A stretch of 64,000 nucleotides of DNA from an uncultured Armatimonadetes bacterium (lineage in GTDB: Bacteria; Armatimonadota; Hebobacteria; Hebobacterales; Hebobacteraceae): positions 448,001 through 512,000 of the forward strand of contig OY970296.1 in the NCBI GenBank assembly GCA_963716175.1, in the 5' to 3' direction. Each line of letters begins with the position of its first letter. Position 1 is the stretch's first letter. The notes under the pieces were generated by a model. The model did not search any database and had not been told where the DNA came from. It was given only the letters and a program-made list of their open reading frames with translations. Below, piece by piece: positions 37,846-47,878 of this stretch. A program made the position numbers and the translations under genes.

Positions 37846-40299
37846 GTGGCGATACAAGACTTCGAGCTCAGTGCCGACCAACTCCGCGTGGTCTGCGATG
37901 CCAGCAGCCTGGGGTTCGAGACCACGGCGGAGCTGCCCACGCTGGAGGACAGCGTGGGCCAGGACCGCGCCATGGCCGCGATAGACTTCGGGCTGGAAGT
38001 GAAGACGCCGGGCTACAACATCTTCGCGGTGGGGCCGACTGGGACGGGGCGCATGTTCGCGGTGCTATCCCGGGCCCGGGAGGCAGCGGCGAAGCAGCCC
38101 ACCCCGGATGACTGGTGCTATGTCAACAACTTCGACGATGCCCGCCGGCCGGTGGCGCTGCGCCTGCCGGCGGGCCGCGCGGTCGAGTTCTCCCGGGAAG
38201 TGGAAGAGCTAATCCAGATGTGCAAGCAGGAGATTCCGCGCGCCTTCGAAAGCGAGGCCTACGAGCAGCGCAAGGAAGCGGCGATCGGGGACGTGCAGGC
38301 CGAGCGCAACCGCTTGCTGCGCCAACTGGACGAGGAGGCGCGGGCCGAGGGGCTGGTGATCCAGGCCACGCCCATGGGGATTATCTCGCTGCCGCTGGCC
38401 GACGGCAAGGCCATGTCCCGGGAGCAGTACATGCAACTCCCTCCCGAGGAGCGAGACGCGATAGACAAGAAGATGGAGCGGCTCCGCGACCGGATCGCGG
38501 AAGGGCTGGGGCAGGCGCGGCAGCTTGAGAAAGAGGCGCGAAAGCGGGTGGAGGAGCTGGATGCTCAGATCGCGATGATGACTATCGGCCATCGCTTCGA
38601 GGAAGTGAAGGCCAAGTACCAGGACCATGCCAGTGTGGTGACGCATCTCGACCGCCTGGCTCAGGATGTGCTGCAGCACCTGGACGAGTTCCGCCCCGGG
38701 GAATCACCCCAGGGCGAGGCGCCGCCCACGGAGGCGGTTCCGCCCCGCTATCGGGTCAACGTCCTGGTGACCAACGAGAAGGGCGCCGGGGCGCCAGTGA
38801 TGCAGGAGCAGAGCCCCACCTACTACAACCTGGTCGGAAAGCTGGAGTACCGGCCGGTGGCCGGGGGCGCGATCACGGATTTCACCTTGATCAAGCCAGG
38901 CGCATTCCACCTCGCCAACGGCGGCTACCTGATCCTCCAGGCACTGGAGGTGCTGCTCAACCCCTTCGCCTGGGAGGCGCTCAAGCGGACCATGCGCAGC
39001 CGCAAGGCCACCATCGAGAACATCGGAGAGCAGTACAGTCCGGTCCCGGCCGCCACTCTGCTCCCGGAGCCGATCCCCCTTGACACCAAGGTGATCCTGG
39101 TGGGCTCGCCCCTGCTCTATTTCCTGCTCTACCAGTGGGATGAGGATTTCGGCAAGCTGTTCAAGGTGAAGGCCGACTTCGATGTGGACATGACGGCCAG
39201 CACCCAGGCCAACCGCAGCTATGCCGCCTTCATGGCCACCCACTGCCGCAACCACGGCCTCCGCGAGCTGACCAAGGAAGCCGTGGCCAGGGTGATCGAA
39301 TACGGGATGCGGCTGGCGGCCGATCAGGAGCGGCTCTCCACTCGCTTCGCCGCCGTCGCCGACCTGCTCACCGAGGCCAACTTCTGGGCCCAGCGGGCGG
39401 GAGCCGAGTTGATCGGGGCCGAGCACGTGGACCAGGCCTTGGAGCACAAGGAGTACCGCTCCCGCCGGCTCGCGGACCGCCTCTTCGAGTTCATCGCACG
39501 GGGCGATCTCATCGTGGACGTGACCGGCGCGGTGCCCGGGCAGGTCAACGGTCTGGCCGTGCTGGATCTGGGGGATTACGCCTTCGGACGACCCTCGCGC
39601 ATCACCGCCCGGGTCACGCCCGGCCGCTCCGGTGTGGTCAACATCGAGCGCGAGGCGCGCCTGGGCGGGGATATCCAGCACAAGGCGGTGATGATCCTCA
39701 CCGGCTATCTCGCTGGCAGCTATGCCTCGGAGGCCCCCCTCTCTGTTACCGCCAGCCTCTCCTTCGAGCAATCGTACGAGCTGGTGGAGGGGGATTCCGC
39801 CTCCTGCGCCGAGCTCTACGCCATCCTCTCCATGCTCGCCGACGCGCCCATTCGCCAGGGCATCGCGGTCACCGGCTCCATGGACCAGAATGGGAACGTG
39901 CAGCCCATCGGCGGGGCCAATCAGAAGATCGAGGGCTTCTTCGCCACCTGCAAGCTGAAGGGATTAGCCGGGGATCAGGGGGTGATGCTCCCGCGCCAGA
40001 ACATCAAGAACCTGACGCTGAAGCCAGAGGTGGTGGAGGCCGTGAGGGAGGGTAAGTTCCACATCTGGGCGGTCTCCACTGTGGACGAGGGTGTCGAGGT
40101 TCTCACTGGCGTGAGAGCCGGCTCGCCCAGAGAGGCGGATACCATCCACGGGCGGGTGGCCGCCCGGCTGCGCAAGTTCGCGGATGCCCTGAGCGGTGTG
40201 AAAGAAGAGAGAATCAAGCAGATCATTGAGCTGCCTCCCAGCGCCGCCACCCCCCGTCCCCCCACCCCTCCGCCACCACCCATACCGCGACACGGTTGA
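37846..40299 (+). CDS. Lon-like (LonC-type) protease, peptidase S16
   Basis: GQDRA, DWCYVNNF, IKPGAFHLANGGYL, GQVNGL, FEQSY..VEGDSAS (Ser), KIEGFF (Lys); GGGAGG RBS. Confidence 0.92.
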   Translation: MAIQDFELSADQLRVVCDASSLGFETTAELPTLEDSVGQDRAMAAIDFGLEVKTPGYNIFAVGPTGTGRMFAVLSRAREAAAKQPTPDDWCYVNNFDDARRPVALRLPAGRAVEFSREVEELIQMCKQEIPRAFESEAYEQRKEAAIGDVQAERNRLLRQLDEEARAEGLVIQATPMGIISLPLADGKAMSREQYMQLPPEERDAIDKKMERLRDRIAEGLGQARQLEKEARKRVEELDAQIAMMTIGHRFEEVKAKYQDHASVVTHLDRLAQDVLQHLDEFRPGESPQGEAPPTEAVPPRYRVNVLVTNEKGAGAPVMQEQSPTYYNLVGKLEYRPVAGGAITDFTLIKPGAFHLANGGYLILQALEVLLNPFAWEALKRTMRSRKATIENIGEQYSPVPAATLLPEPIPLDTKVILVGSPLLYFLLYQWDEDFGKLFKVKADFDVDMTASTQANRSYAAFMATHCRNHGLRELTKEAVARVIEYGMRLAADQERLSTRFAAVADLLTEANFWAQRAGAELIGAEHVDQALEHKEYRSRRLADRLFEFIARGDLIVDVTGAVPGQVNGLAVLDLGDYAFGRPSRITARVTPGRSGVVNIEREARLGGDIQHKAVMILTGYLAGSYASEAPLSVTASLSFEQSYELVEGDSASCAELYAILSMLADAPIRQGIAVTGSMDQNGNVQPIGGANQKIEGFFATCKLKGLAGDQGVMLPRQNIKNLTLKPEVVEAVREGKFHIWAVSTVDEGVEVLTGVRAGSPREADTIHGRVAARLRKFADALSGVKEERIKQIIELPPSAATPRPPTPPPPPIPRHG

Positions 40300-40315
40300 G
40301 AGGGGTTCCGCCGCT

Positions 40316-40430
40316 GGGCAGGGGCTTGCCTCTGCCATTCCGGGGCGGTATGTCAGAGTTCACCCGCCTCACGAGGGCATGCCGGCCATTTCCCTTGGGG
40401 TTGGGCAGGAGACTCGCTCCTGCCCCTGCC
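40316..40430. repeat. Degenerate REP-like palindrome pair
   Basis: GGGCAGGGGCTTGCCTCTGCC and GGGCAGGAGACTCGCTCCTGCCC resemble the REPs at 41290 and 57353. Confidence 0.55.
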
Positions 40431-40493
40431 AGGCCTCGTCCCACATCGAGCCTACGCCATTGGGCGCGGTCGTGTCCAGGCGCTAGCTCGAGG

Positions 40494-41276
40494 TCACCGG
40501 TCGTGCAGAGATGTCTGTTTCGAGAATCTCGCATCAAGGTAGCTGATTATGGTTCTCGAAGCATTGATCACCAGCAGGGCCTCTTCTTCTTCTAGCAATG
40601 CTTGGCTAGGGTGAGCGACGCTCGCGGCGTTCCTGATAGGGTTGAGGGCATCCAATATCCCACCAAATGCTTGAAGGATTCTCTCGATATCCTGTCGTCT
40701 TGAGCCCAGGTCCTGTAGCGCAACGTGTTGCTGGCGTAAGAGTCTGAGCAACCTAGCGGGTGAGTCATCTCTTGAGTATGGAATGCTGGCATCCTCACAC
40801 ACTGCTCGCAGGTAGCCGTGCACGGCTGTATGTATACGATCAACGCCGCTGACTGCTCCGCTTGCTCGAAGCAGCGTTTCGGTATCGCTGATCGCTCGCT
40901 CGACTACGCGCGAGGTGATCTTGGGTGCCGGGCTTCCAACTGGCTGCCCCTCCAGTCTGCTTATCATCTTGCGAATCTCGCTCTGTAACTCCTGAGTACG
41001 AGTGGACGCGGCCGACTTCGTTGACACAGGAAATCTCTCAATGACCCCGCGGAGTATCTGGGCCTGTACGTTTGGGGGAGAACCTTTCAGAACCGCTATG
41101 AACCTTTCCCGCGTCGTTCCTTCATACTGATACGGGTCGATGTCAAGCTCGCAGTACTCCGGGTAGAACTCCGCGTGTGTCCGATAGCTGAAATCCCCAA
41201 GGTAGCCGCCAGATACCCCTATATAGCGGTTGACTACTTTCATGATCTCGGCATTGGTCAGTCCTGATGCTGGCAT
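40494..41276 (-). CDS. Abortive-infection family protein (Abi_C/HEPN nuclease)
   Basis: C-terminal RNAASVAH (HEPN R...H motif), VDRIHTAVHGYL; visibly AT-richer with atypical codons. Confidence 0.8.
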   Translation of the reverse strand: MPASGLTNAEIMKVVNRYIGVSGGYLGDFSYRTHAEFYPEYCELDIDPYQYEGTTRERFIAVLKGSPPNVQAQILRGVIERFPVSTKSAASTRTQELQSEIRKMISRLEGQPVGSPAPKITSRVVERAISDTETLLRASGAVSGVDRIHTAVHGYLRAVCEDASIPYSRDDSPARLLRLLRQQHVALQDLGSRRQDIERILQAFGGILDALNPIRNAASVAHPSQALLEEEEALLVINASRTIISYLDARFSKQTSLHDR

Positions 41277-41289
41277 TGGCATGCTCTCC

Positions 41290-41400
41290 GTAGGGCAGGA
41301 GCGTTTCTCCTGCCAGTTGTACGGTAGCGGGCCTGGACCGCCCGCCCTACAGAACCGCGGTCCTGCAAACGGCCCAGCGGGCATGGAATGCCCGCCCTAC
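41290..41400. repeat. GTAG REP cluster (three palindromes)
   Basis: GTAGGGCAGGAG..CTCCTGCC on plus; two GCGGGC..GCCCGCCCTAC on minus. Confidence 0.75.
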
Positions 41401-42422
41401 AGCGGCGGCCCCTCATACGCTAGATAGCAGGCGCGGCAGAAGGCCGGGTTGCGGCCGGTGCGAATCTGCTCCCGCAGGCGCTGCATCGCCGAGCCGTTCC
41501 AGGCGGTGGCGAAGCTGGCGCCCGACTCCAGCGCATTGCCCAGCAGCAAGCCCTCTGGGCCCGCGGCATAAGGACACGGGGCCACGTCTCCCCGGACCGT
41601 GATCGCAGTCCTGCCCCAGGGCCAGCGGCAGGGCCTGCCCTCCGCCGGCTTCCGCGGCGGGGGAGGCGCTTCGGGACAGCGGAACTCGAGATTCGCCGCC
41701 AGGGCGAGGCGGCGGGCCTCGGGGAGCACGCGCTGTAGATCCTGGCCCAGCACGCGGCGCTCCGCCACCACGCGCTCCAGGGACTCAGACCCGAAGTTGG
41801 TGAGCTTGGCGGTGCACAGCAGGCCGTCCACTCCCCACTCCGCGCAGCGCTGAACCAGCGCCGGAATCTGTGGGGCCGATTCCCGCTGGATCACATGCCA
41901 GACCCGGATCACCGGGGACCGCCGCCGGCCTCGCTCCCGCACCAGGGCCGCGATCCCCTGGGAGATGCGCTCCAGGTCGGACCCAGGCCGCAGCCGGGCA
42001 TGAGTCTCTGGATCGGCGGCATCAACCGAGATGTTGAGATGGTTGAGGCCACAGGTGAGGAGCTGGCGACGTGTCTCCTCGCCCAGCACGCTGCCATTGG
42101 TGGTGGTGAGCACCCGCACTCGGCGGCGCCGCGCCTCCTGCACCAGGCCGAAGAAATCCGGGTTCAGCAAGGGCTCGCCCAGCCCCACCAGCTTGATCCG
42201 ATAGACGGTGGGAAGCTGGTCGAGCAGTCGGGAGAAATCGGCGAGTGAGAGGTGGGCGCGCGGGAAAGCGCCATCGGTGCTGGGGCAATGGGGACAGCGG
42301 TAGTTGCAGAAGCTGGTGGGCTCGATGTCCGCCCGCGCCGGGAGCGCGCGGCTCGCCGCCGGGCGGTGGCGGTAGGCTTGCCGCAGGCGCAGGGAGTTCA
42401 GCAAGGCGGAAGCTGGCCGCAT
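41397..42422 (-). CDS. Radical SAM / SPASM-twitch domain protein
   Basis: CNYRCPHC, GLGEPLL, TTNG, ISVD; CRWPW..GDVAPC..CRAC. Confidence 0.9.
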   Translation of the reverse strand: MRPASALLNSLRLRQAYRHRPAASRALPARADIEPTSFCNYRCPHCPSTDGAFPRAHLSLADFSRLLDQLPTVYRIKLVGLGEPLLNPDFFGLVQEARRRRVRVLTTTNGSVLGEETRRQLLTCGLNHLNISVDAADPETHARLRPGSDLERISQGIAALVRERGRRRSPVIRVWHVIQRESAPQIPALVQRCAEWGVDGLLCTAKLTNFGSESLERVVAERRVLGQDLQRVLPEARRLALAANLEFRCPEAPPPPRKPAEGRPCRWPWGRTAITVRGDVAPCPYAAGPEGLLLGNALESGASFATAWNGSAMQRLREQIRTGRNPAFCRACYLAYEGPPL

Positions 42423-42433
42423 GCCGCGTCCCC

Positions 42434-43169
42434 TCAGAACAGCAGCGAGAAGGTGATGGGGCGAACCCGCCAGGATCCCTCTTCCTTCACCAGCCAGAGG
42501 TTCCCGCTGACGTGCTTGCGGAGAAGCCCGGCGAAGCGCAGGGTGGCATCGAAATCCACCCGGATCCCGTTCAGGGTAGTGGGCCGCCCGGCCACCTCCA
42601 GGCGGGTCATCTTCACCCAGTGGGGTGGGCGGCGAGGCACATTCCACCAGTGGAAGGTGAGTGCCTTCATCCCCCCCCAATCAGACCGCAGCCAGGCGTG
42701 CAAGAAGTCGAACGCCGCCTGCCGCACCGCGGGCTCCTGGCGCCGGTCGGCCTTCGTGGGGCTGCGGTCGGGGACCTGCGCCTCCGGAGGCAGCTCGTTG
42801 AACCAGTAGAGCTGGCGCACCTGCCAGCTCTTGCTCGCGCCCTCCTCCACGTAGCGCAGCACCATGATGCCGCGGGTCGGGAGATTGGGGTCGGTCATGG
42901 GTCCCGCGGAACTCAATCGCCCCGATCCTCCCATCCGCCCTCTGTTTGTCGAGCTGAGGCATGTGCGCGAACGGGCAGGGGCCATAGAGATTGGCCTTCT
43001 GATTGGGAAGCATGCGCTTGATCGCGTCTCGGTCGTTGCGGCTGAAGGCGAAGAGGAAATCCCGCGCCACCTGCGCCGCCTCCGGGGGCATACCCTGGGC
43101 CCTGCTCGGACTCCCCCAGGCCATCGCCAGTCCAACAGTCAGCATCACGGCCGCGATTTTGGTCTTCAT
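42434..43169 (-). CDS. Secreted protein with two tandem NTF2-like repeats (frameshift at about 42903)
   Basis: Signal peptide MKTKIAAVMLTVGLAMAWGSPSRA; repeat 1 VARDFLFAFSRND..SWQV, repeat 2 AAFDFLHAWLRSD..LVKEEGSWRV; the two frames join at GAGTTCCGCGGGACCCATG. Confidence 0.62.
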
Positions 43170-43483
43170 GGCTCTCCCGAAGCTGATGTTACCTGGTTTC
43201 GACGAGAAAGCCAAGCACTTGGGCCAGGAGCTGCCGATTGCGCGCAGGCAAAGAGGAAGGAGGCCGCGGCGCGAGGTATAAAGTCTACTGGTGGTTGCGG
43301 TGCCGTCGCAGTTACCAGACCGACGAGCAGCCCCCTGGCCACACCTTGCAAGGCGGCTCGACCTCGCAGGCGGTGCACCTGCTGGCAAGGCGAGCCGCAG
43401 ACGGCGGGCCACCGGGATGCAGCGCAGCCTGGCGGGCTTGCGCGCGGGCCGCAGTAGCTCTAGTAGGAGGCAAGATATCCATC

Positions 43484-44926
43484 ATGTCAGTGGTAGCGCG
43501 ACCCACGCCCCGCGCGCGGCCGCGGACCGCGGGTGAAGCCCGAGCGCGACAGATCCGGTGGTGGCACTACCTGCTCGCCGGCACCGGCCTGGTGACGCTG
43601 GGTGGAATGGCCTATGGCTTCTACGCCGCCTGGTTCGCCGTCACCCATGTCCGGACCAGCTACGCGCGGGTCAGTGGCTATGTTGTAGTTCTGTCGGCGA
43701 AATCCGACACCCGCGTCAAGCGGGTGCTGGTGCGGACGGGAGAGAAGGTCCGCGAGGGGCAAACGCTGGCCATCCTGGACAACGCCGATGTCGCCGCCCA
43801 GGCCGAGCAGGCCAAGGCCACGCTGCTGGCGCGGGAAAGCGCCCTCAACCGGGCGGAGGCCGAGCTGGATATGACCATCCGGCAGAGCGCGGCCAGCATC
43901 GAGGAGGCGGAGGCGCAGCTGGCCGCCTCCCAGGCGCGGCTCTCCCAGGCGGAGGCAGAGAAGGAGATGGCCTCCCGCACCGAGCGGGATGAAGTGAAGC
44001 GCGCCCAGGCCGAGCTGGCCGTGGCCAAAGCGCGGCTGAGGCAAGTGGAGGTGGGCCCCCGTCCCCAGGAGATCGAGCAGGAGAAGGCCGACCTGGCTTC
44101 CGCGGAGTCCCAATCGGCCAGTGCCGCGGCCACCTTGCGGCGGATGGAGAAGCTGCAGAAAGAAGGCGCGGTCTCGGAGCAGGCGCTGGACGCGGCTCGC
44201 ACGGATCTGGAGGTGGCCCAGGCCGCGGTGAACTTGCGTCGCCAGAAGTTGAGCCTGCTGCAAGCCGGCAGCCGGCCGGAGGATATCGAGGCCGCACGAC
44301 AAGCAGTGACCTCCGCCGAGGCCGCCGTGGCGCTGGCCACGGCCAAGAGCTTCGACAGCGAGATGAAGGTCCAGCAAGTGGCCACCCGGGTGGCGGAGAA
44401 GCGGCAGGCTGCGGCTGGAGTTCGGGGGGCCCAGTCCCTGCAGCGCACGGTAGCCCTCAAGGAACAGGACGTGGTGGCACAGCGAGCCGCAGTGGCCGAG
44501 GCGAAGGCCGCCCTGGAAGCGGCCAAGGCTCGTGTCTCGGACACGGAGCTGCGCAGCACGGACAACGGGGTAGTGGTGGCGGGACAGGGCCAGAGTATTC
44601 ACGAGGGCGAGTCAGTCACCAACGGACAGCCCATCGTCACCATCGTCTCCACCGCGCGGCCTTTCTGGATCAGCGCCTCCGTCTCCGAACTGCAGGTGTC
44701 CCAGGTGAAGGAAGGGCAGCCGGCGCTGATCTGGATTGACGCCTTCCGCAGGCAGGTCTTCCATGGCACGGTGTCACAAGTGGGAGGGGCCACCGAGTTC
44801 TCGGCCGCGGACACCCCGTGGGCCTTGAAGCAGGTACCACTGAGGCTCAGCTTCGACCCCGGCAAAGTGAAGGACAGTCTCAAGCCCGGCATGAGCTGTC
44901 GGGTGTGGATAGACGTGCGGCACTGA
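43484..44926 (+). CDS. HlyD/EmrA-family periplasmic adaptor with long coiled coil
   Basis: AGGAGG RBS; TM, VRTGEKVREGQTLAILD lipoyl half, GPRPQEI / GSRPEDI, LKPGMS. Confidence 0.9.
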   Translation: MSVVARPTPRARPRTAGEARARQIRWWHYLLAGTGLVTLGGMAYGFYAAWFAVTHVRTSYARVSGYVVVLSAKSDTRVKRVLVRTGEKVREGQTLAILDNADVAAQAEQAKATLLARESALNRAEAELDMTIRQSAASIEEAEAQLAASQARLSQAEAEKEMASRTERDEVKRAQAELAVAKARLRQVEVGPRPQEIEQEKADLASAESQSASAAATLRRMEKLQKEGAVSEQALDAARTDLEVAQAAVNLRRQKLSLLQAGSRPEDIEAARQAVTSAEAAVALATAKSFDSEMKVQQVATRVAEKRQAAAGVRGAQSLQRTVALKEQDVVAQRAAVAEAKAALEAAKARVSDTELRSTDNGVVVAGQGQSIHEGESVTNGQPIVTIVSTARPFWISASVSELQVSQVKEGQPALIWIDAFRRQVFHGTVSQVGGATEFSAADTPWALKQVPLRLSFDPGKVKDSLKPGMSCRVWIDVRH

Positions 44927-44963
44927 CGCGGTGGGGCGCGGGCCCAGGCCGCGCCCCCAACTG

Positions 44964-45557
44964 CTATACCTGTTGGTCCAGGATTCTCCTGCTGCGCTCG
45001 TCGAGGGCGTGCATATCCTCAATCTCGTAGCGGTTGCCATCGGCGTCCTGGAGCATGAGGCGCCCCTTTGCCAGCACCCGCAAGTCCTCCCGGTCTCGCA
45101 CATCGAAAACGCGATAGCCGCGGTCGGTCTCCACCTCCCAGCGGGAGGCGCCGTGAGCGTCCTCGATGTCGTAGATGACGGTGATCTTGGGCACGAAGTA
45201 GGCCCGGCTTAGCTCCTCGGTCAGCACCCGCCGGCTCTCGCAGTCGAGCCCCTTGGGGTTGCGCAGCAGCACCGCCTCCCGCCCTTTCTCGTCCACCAGG
45301 CTCAGGTAGTCGGCGACCTCGGAGATGGGGAAAACCGGCGCCGGCTTCAGGTCCACGTGTTCGGTCTTGCCATCCACCAACACGTGGAGCCGCCGGAACT
45401 CGTCTCGCCAGATGCGCAGCCGGCTGGCATCAACGATCTCCAGCCGCTGCAGTTCCTGGTCCCAGCTCGCGGCGCTGCCCAGGCGCTCCTGGGAGGGCCC
45501 AGTCTCGCCCGGCGCCGGCGCGCCAGTCTGCTCTGTCTGATCCTGGGGATCTTCCAC
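44964..45557 (-). CDS. DUF1854 family protein
   Basis: FPIS..YLSLVD..GRE, EELSRAYFVPKI, WEVETDRG, DADGNRYEI. Confidence 0.82.
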   Translation of the reverse strand: MEDPQDQTEQTGAPAPGETGPSQERLGSAASWDQELQRLEIVDASRLRIWRDEFRRLHVLVDGKTEHVDLKPAPVFPISEVADYLSLVDEKGREAVLLRNPKGLDCESRRVLTEELSRAYFVPKITVIYDIEDAHGASRWEVETDRGYRVFDVRDREDLRVLAKGRLMLQDADGNRYEIEDMHALDERSRRILDQQV

Positions 45558-45613
45558 GGGTTTCCTCGCGAGGGCGTGACCCTCGCCTCGCCGGGTACTG
45601 CTAGCTGCGGTCC

Positions 45614-47878
45614 CTACCAGGCCCGCACTCTGGACAGCTCCGACTGGAGCTTGCAGAGCCGGCTGTAGAGCCCATCGGACTCCAACAGCTCATCGTGGCT
45701 GCCGATCTCGCCGATGCGGCCATGCTCCATCACGACGATCTTTGTCGCCTTGCGCAGGGTCGAGAGCCGGTGCGCGATGGCGAACGTGGTCCGATTCGCC
45801 ACCAGGCGCTCCAACGCCTCCTGGATCAGCATCTCGGTCTCGGTGTCAACCGAGGAGGTGGCCTCGTCCAGGATGAGAATCCGCGGGTTCTTGAGAATGG
45901 CGCGGGCGATGGAGACGCGCTGGCGCTCGCCACCGGACATCAACTGCCCCCGCTCGCCGGTGAGGGTATCGTAGCCATGGGGCAGGTTGACGATGAAGTC
46001 GTGGGCGTTGGCCGCCTTGGCGGCGGCCACGATCTCCTCTGGCTTGGCCTCGGGCGCCCCGTAGGAGATGTTCTCGGCCACCGTGCCGTGGAAGAGGAAG
46101 GGCTCCTGCAGCACCACGCCGATCTGCTGGCGCAGGGAGCGCAGGGAGAGCTCCCGCACGTCATATCCGTCTATCCGGACCTCGCCCTCGTCGACATCGT
46201 AGAAGCGGCTCAGCAGTTGCACCAGGGTGCTCTTCCCGGCTCCGCTGGGACCCACCAGCCCGATCACTTCCCCCGGCTCGGCCACGAAGCTGACCTCCTG
46301 GAGTACGGGCTTGCCGGGCTCATAGCTGAAGGTGACGTTGTCGAACTCCACCCGCCCCTCGAGCCGGGGCAGGACCACCGAGCCCGGCGCCTCCGGGATC
46401 TCGGGCGCGGTATCGAGCACCTCGAACACGCGCTCCGCGGCGGTGAGGGCGTGCTGCACCCGGTGGTTCATCTCGCCCAGCATCTGCACCGGCATGTAGA
46501 ACTGCCACATGAGCTGGGTGAACATGACCAGGGTGCCCACCGTGGTCAGGCCCAGCACCGCCTGGTAGCCGCCATAGCCGTAGACCACGAGCGAGCCCAC
46601 GGAGGTGATAAGGCCGATGGCCGGGAAGAAAAACGTCCACAGCTTGGCCGCATTCAGCTCCTGGGTGAACAGCGCGCCGCTGCGATCCCGGAATCGCTTC
46701 GACTCCCGGTGCTCCTGAGCGAAGGACTTGACCACTCTGATCCCCGGGATGGAATCGGCCAGCACCGCGCTCAGGCCCGCCCACCGTCGCCACACCTTCT
46801 GGTAGACCTGGTGGATCAGGCGGCCAAACCAGTAAGTGCCGATGGCGATGAAGGGGGTGGGCAAGAGGGTAAGCGCGGCCAGCGCGGGGTTGGCCGCGAA
46901 CAGCATCACGCAGATCACGGGGATGGTCAGCAGGTTGATGATGATCTGCTGCAGGCCATCGGCGATGAAGTACTGCAAGCGCATGATGTCGTTGGTGACG
47001 CGGGACATGATCTGGCCGGTCTGCTTCCGGCTGAAGAACCCGAGCGAGAGCATCTGCAGGTGGTCGTAAAGCTCGGTTCGCATGTCCAGCACCACCCGCG
47101 CCCCCAGCCACTCCATCATGTAGCCGCGGGCCATGCTCACCACGGTCCGCACCAGGTAGATCAAGAGCAGCCAGGTCACCACCAGGGAGAGCCCCGGCAG
47201 GTACTTGGGCCTGAGCACGCCGTCGAAGAGATAGCGGGTGACGTAGGCCGGCAGCAGGTTCAGCACAGTCAGGACGATGCTCAGGAGGAAGCCCACGATC
47301 GCCACCGTGTGGTAGGGCCGCAGGTAGCCGATGAGGCGCGCGAGCAGTTGCCCTCGCTTCATGCAGAAAGGGCAGACCTCAGACCAGCGAGGCAGCGCCC
47401 GCCCGCAGGTGGGGCAGCGGACGCTGCGCTGCGGGCCGTGTCCCTTGCGGCCGCCCTCTTCCTGTTTCTCGTCCTCCGAAGAGAGGCGGCGCAGGATGTA
47501 GTAGGCGCGCGACATCTGCGGAGCCACAGAGCGGCTGAACCGCAGCAGCTCCACCGACTCCGAGCCCGTGACCGCCTCCAGCGAGCCGCTGCCGATGAAA
47601 TCGCGCAGGCGGAAGCGGCGGACATCGGACAGAGGCAAGTCTACCTCCACCCGGGCCGCGCCGTTCTCGGGCGCCAGAGTCGCCAGCCGCCGGTCAGTGA
47701 CCAGCAGCCACCGGTCGCCGTACTCCCCCTCAGGCGTGATGTCGCTGCGGAGGCTGATCAGGCGCCGCTCGTCCTCCTGCATCAGGCGAGCGACCTCCGC
47801 CTCCACGGCCGCAGGCAGCTCCTGCTGGAGCTCGGCGTCGAGCAGCTTATCTATCTGTTGGCGTTGGGCTTCTGTCAT
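45614..47878 (-). CDS. ABC exporter (TMD+NBD) with N-terminal PH-like and Zn-ribbon extension
   Basis: WLLVTDRRL (PH-like), CPTCG..CPFC, 6 TM, GPSGAGKS, MSGGERQR, LILDEATS, IAHRLST. Confidence 0.93.
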   Translation of the reverse strand: MTEAQRQQIDKLLDAELQQELPAAVEAEVARLMQEDERRLISLRSDITPEGEYGDRWLLVTDRRLATLAPENGAARVEVDLPLSDVRRFRLRDFIGSGSLEAVTGSESVELLRFSRSVAPQMSRAYYILRRLSSEDEKQEEGGRKGHGPQRSVRCPTCGRALPRWSEVCPFCMKRGQLLARLIGYLRPYHTVAIVGFLLSIVLTVLNLLPAYVTRYLFDGVLRPKYLPGLSLVVTWLLLIYLVRTVVSMARGYMMEWLGARVVLDMRTELYDHLQMLSLGFFSRKQTGQIMSRVTNDIMRLQYFIADGLQQIIINLLTIPVICVMLFAANPALAALTLLPTPFIAIGTYWFGRLIHQVYQKVWRRWAGLSAVLADSIPGIRVVKSFAQEHRESKRFRDRSGALFTQELNAAKLWTFFFPAIGLITSVGSLVVYGYGGYQAVLGLTTVGTLVMFTQLMWQFYMPVQMLGEMNHRVQHALTAAERVFEVLDTAPEIPEAPGSVVLPRLEGRVEFDNVTFSYEPGKPVLQEVSFVAEPGEVIGLVGPSGAGKSTLVQLLSRFYDVDEGEVRIDGYDVRELSLRSLRQQIGVVLQEPFLFHGTVAENISYGAPEAKPEEIVAAAKAANAHDFIVNLPHGYDTLTGERGQLMSGGERQRVSIARAILKNPRILILDEATSSVDTETEMLIQEALERLVANRTTFAIAHRLSTLRKATKIVVMEHGRIGEIGSHDELLESDGLYSRLCKLQSELSRVRAW

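Noticed and set aside
38029-38052. Degenerate Walker A (GPTGTGR) in the Lon-like protease as a sign of pseudogenisation
   Set aside because: LonC-type proteases are known to have non-canonical, ATPase-inactive AAA-like modules; the Ser-Lys dyad is intact.
43270-43470. Structured leader upstream of hlyD as a riboswitch
   Set aside because: GC-rich pairing is possible but no conserved aptamer motif or expression platform was recognised.
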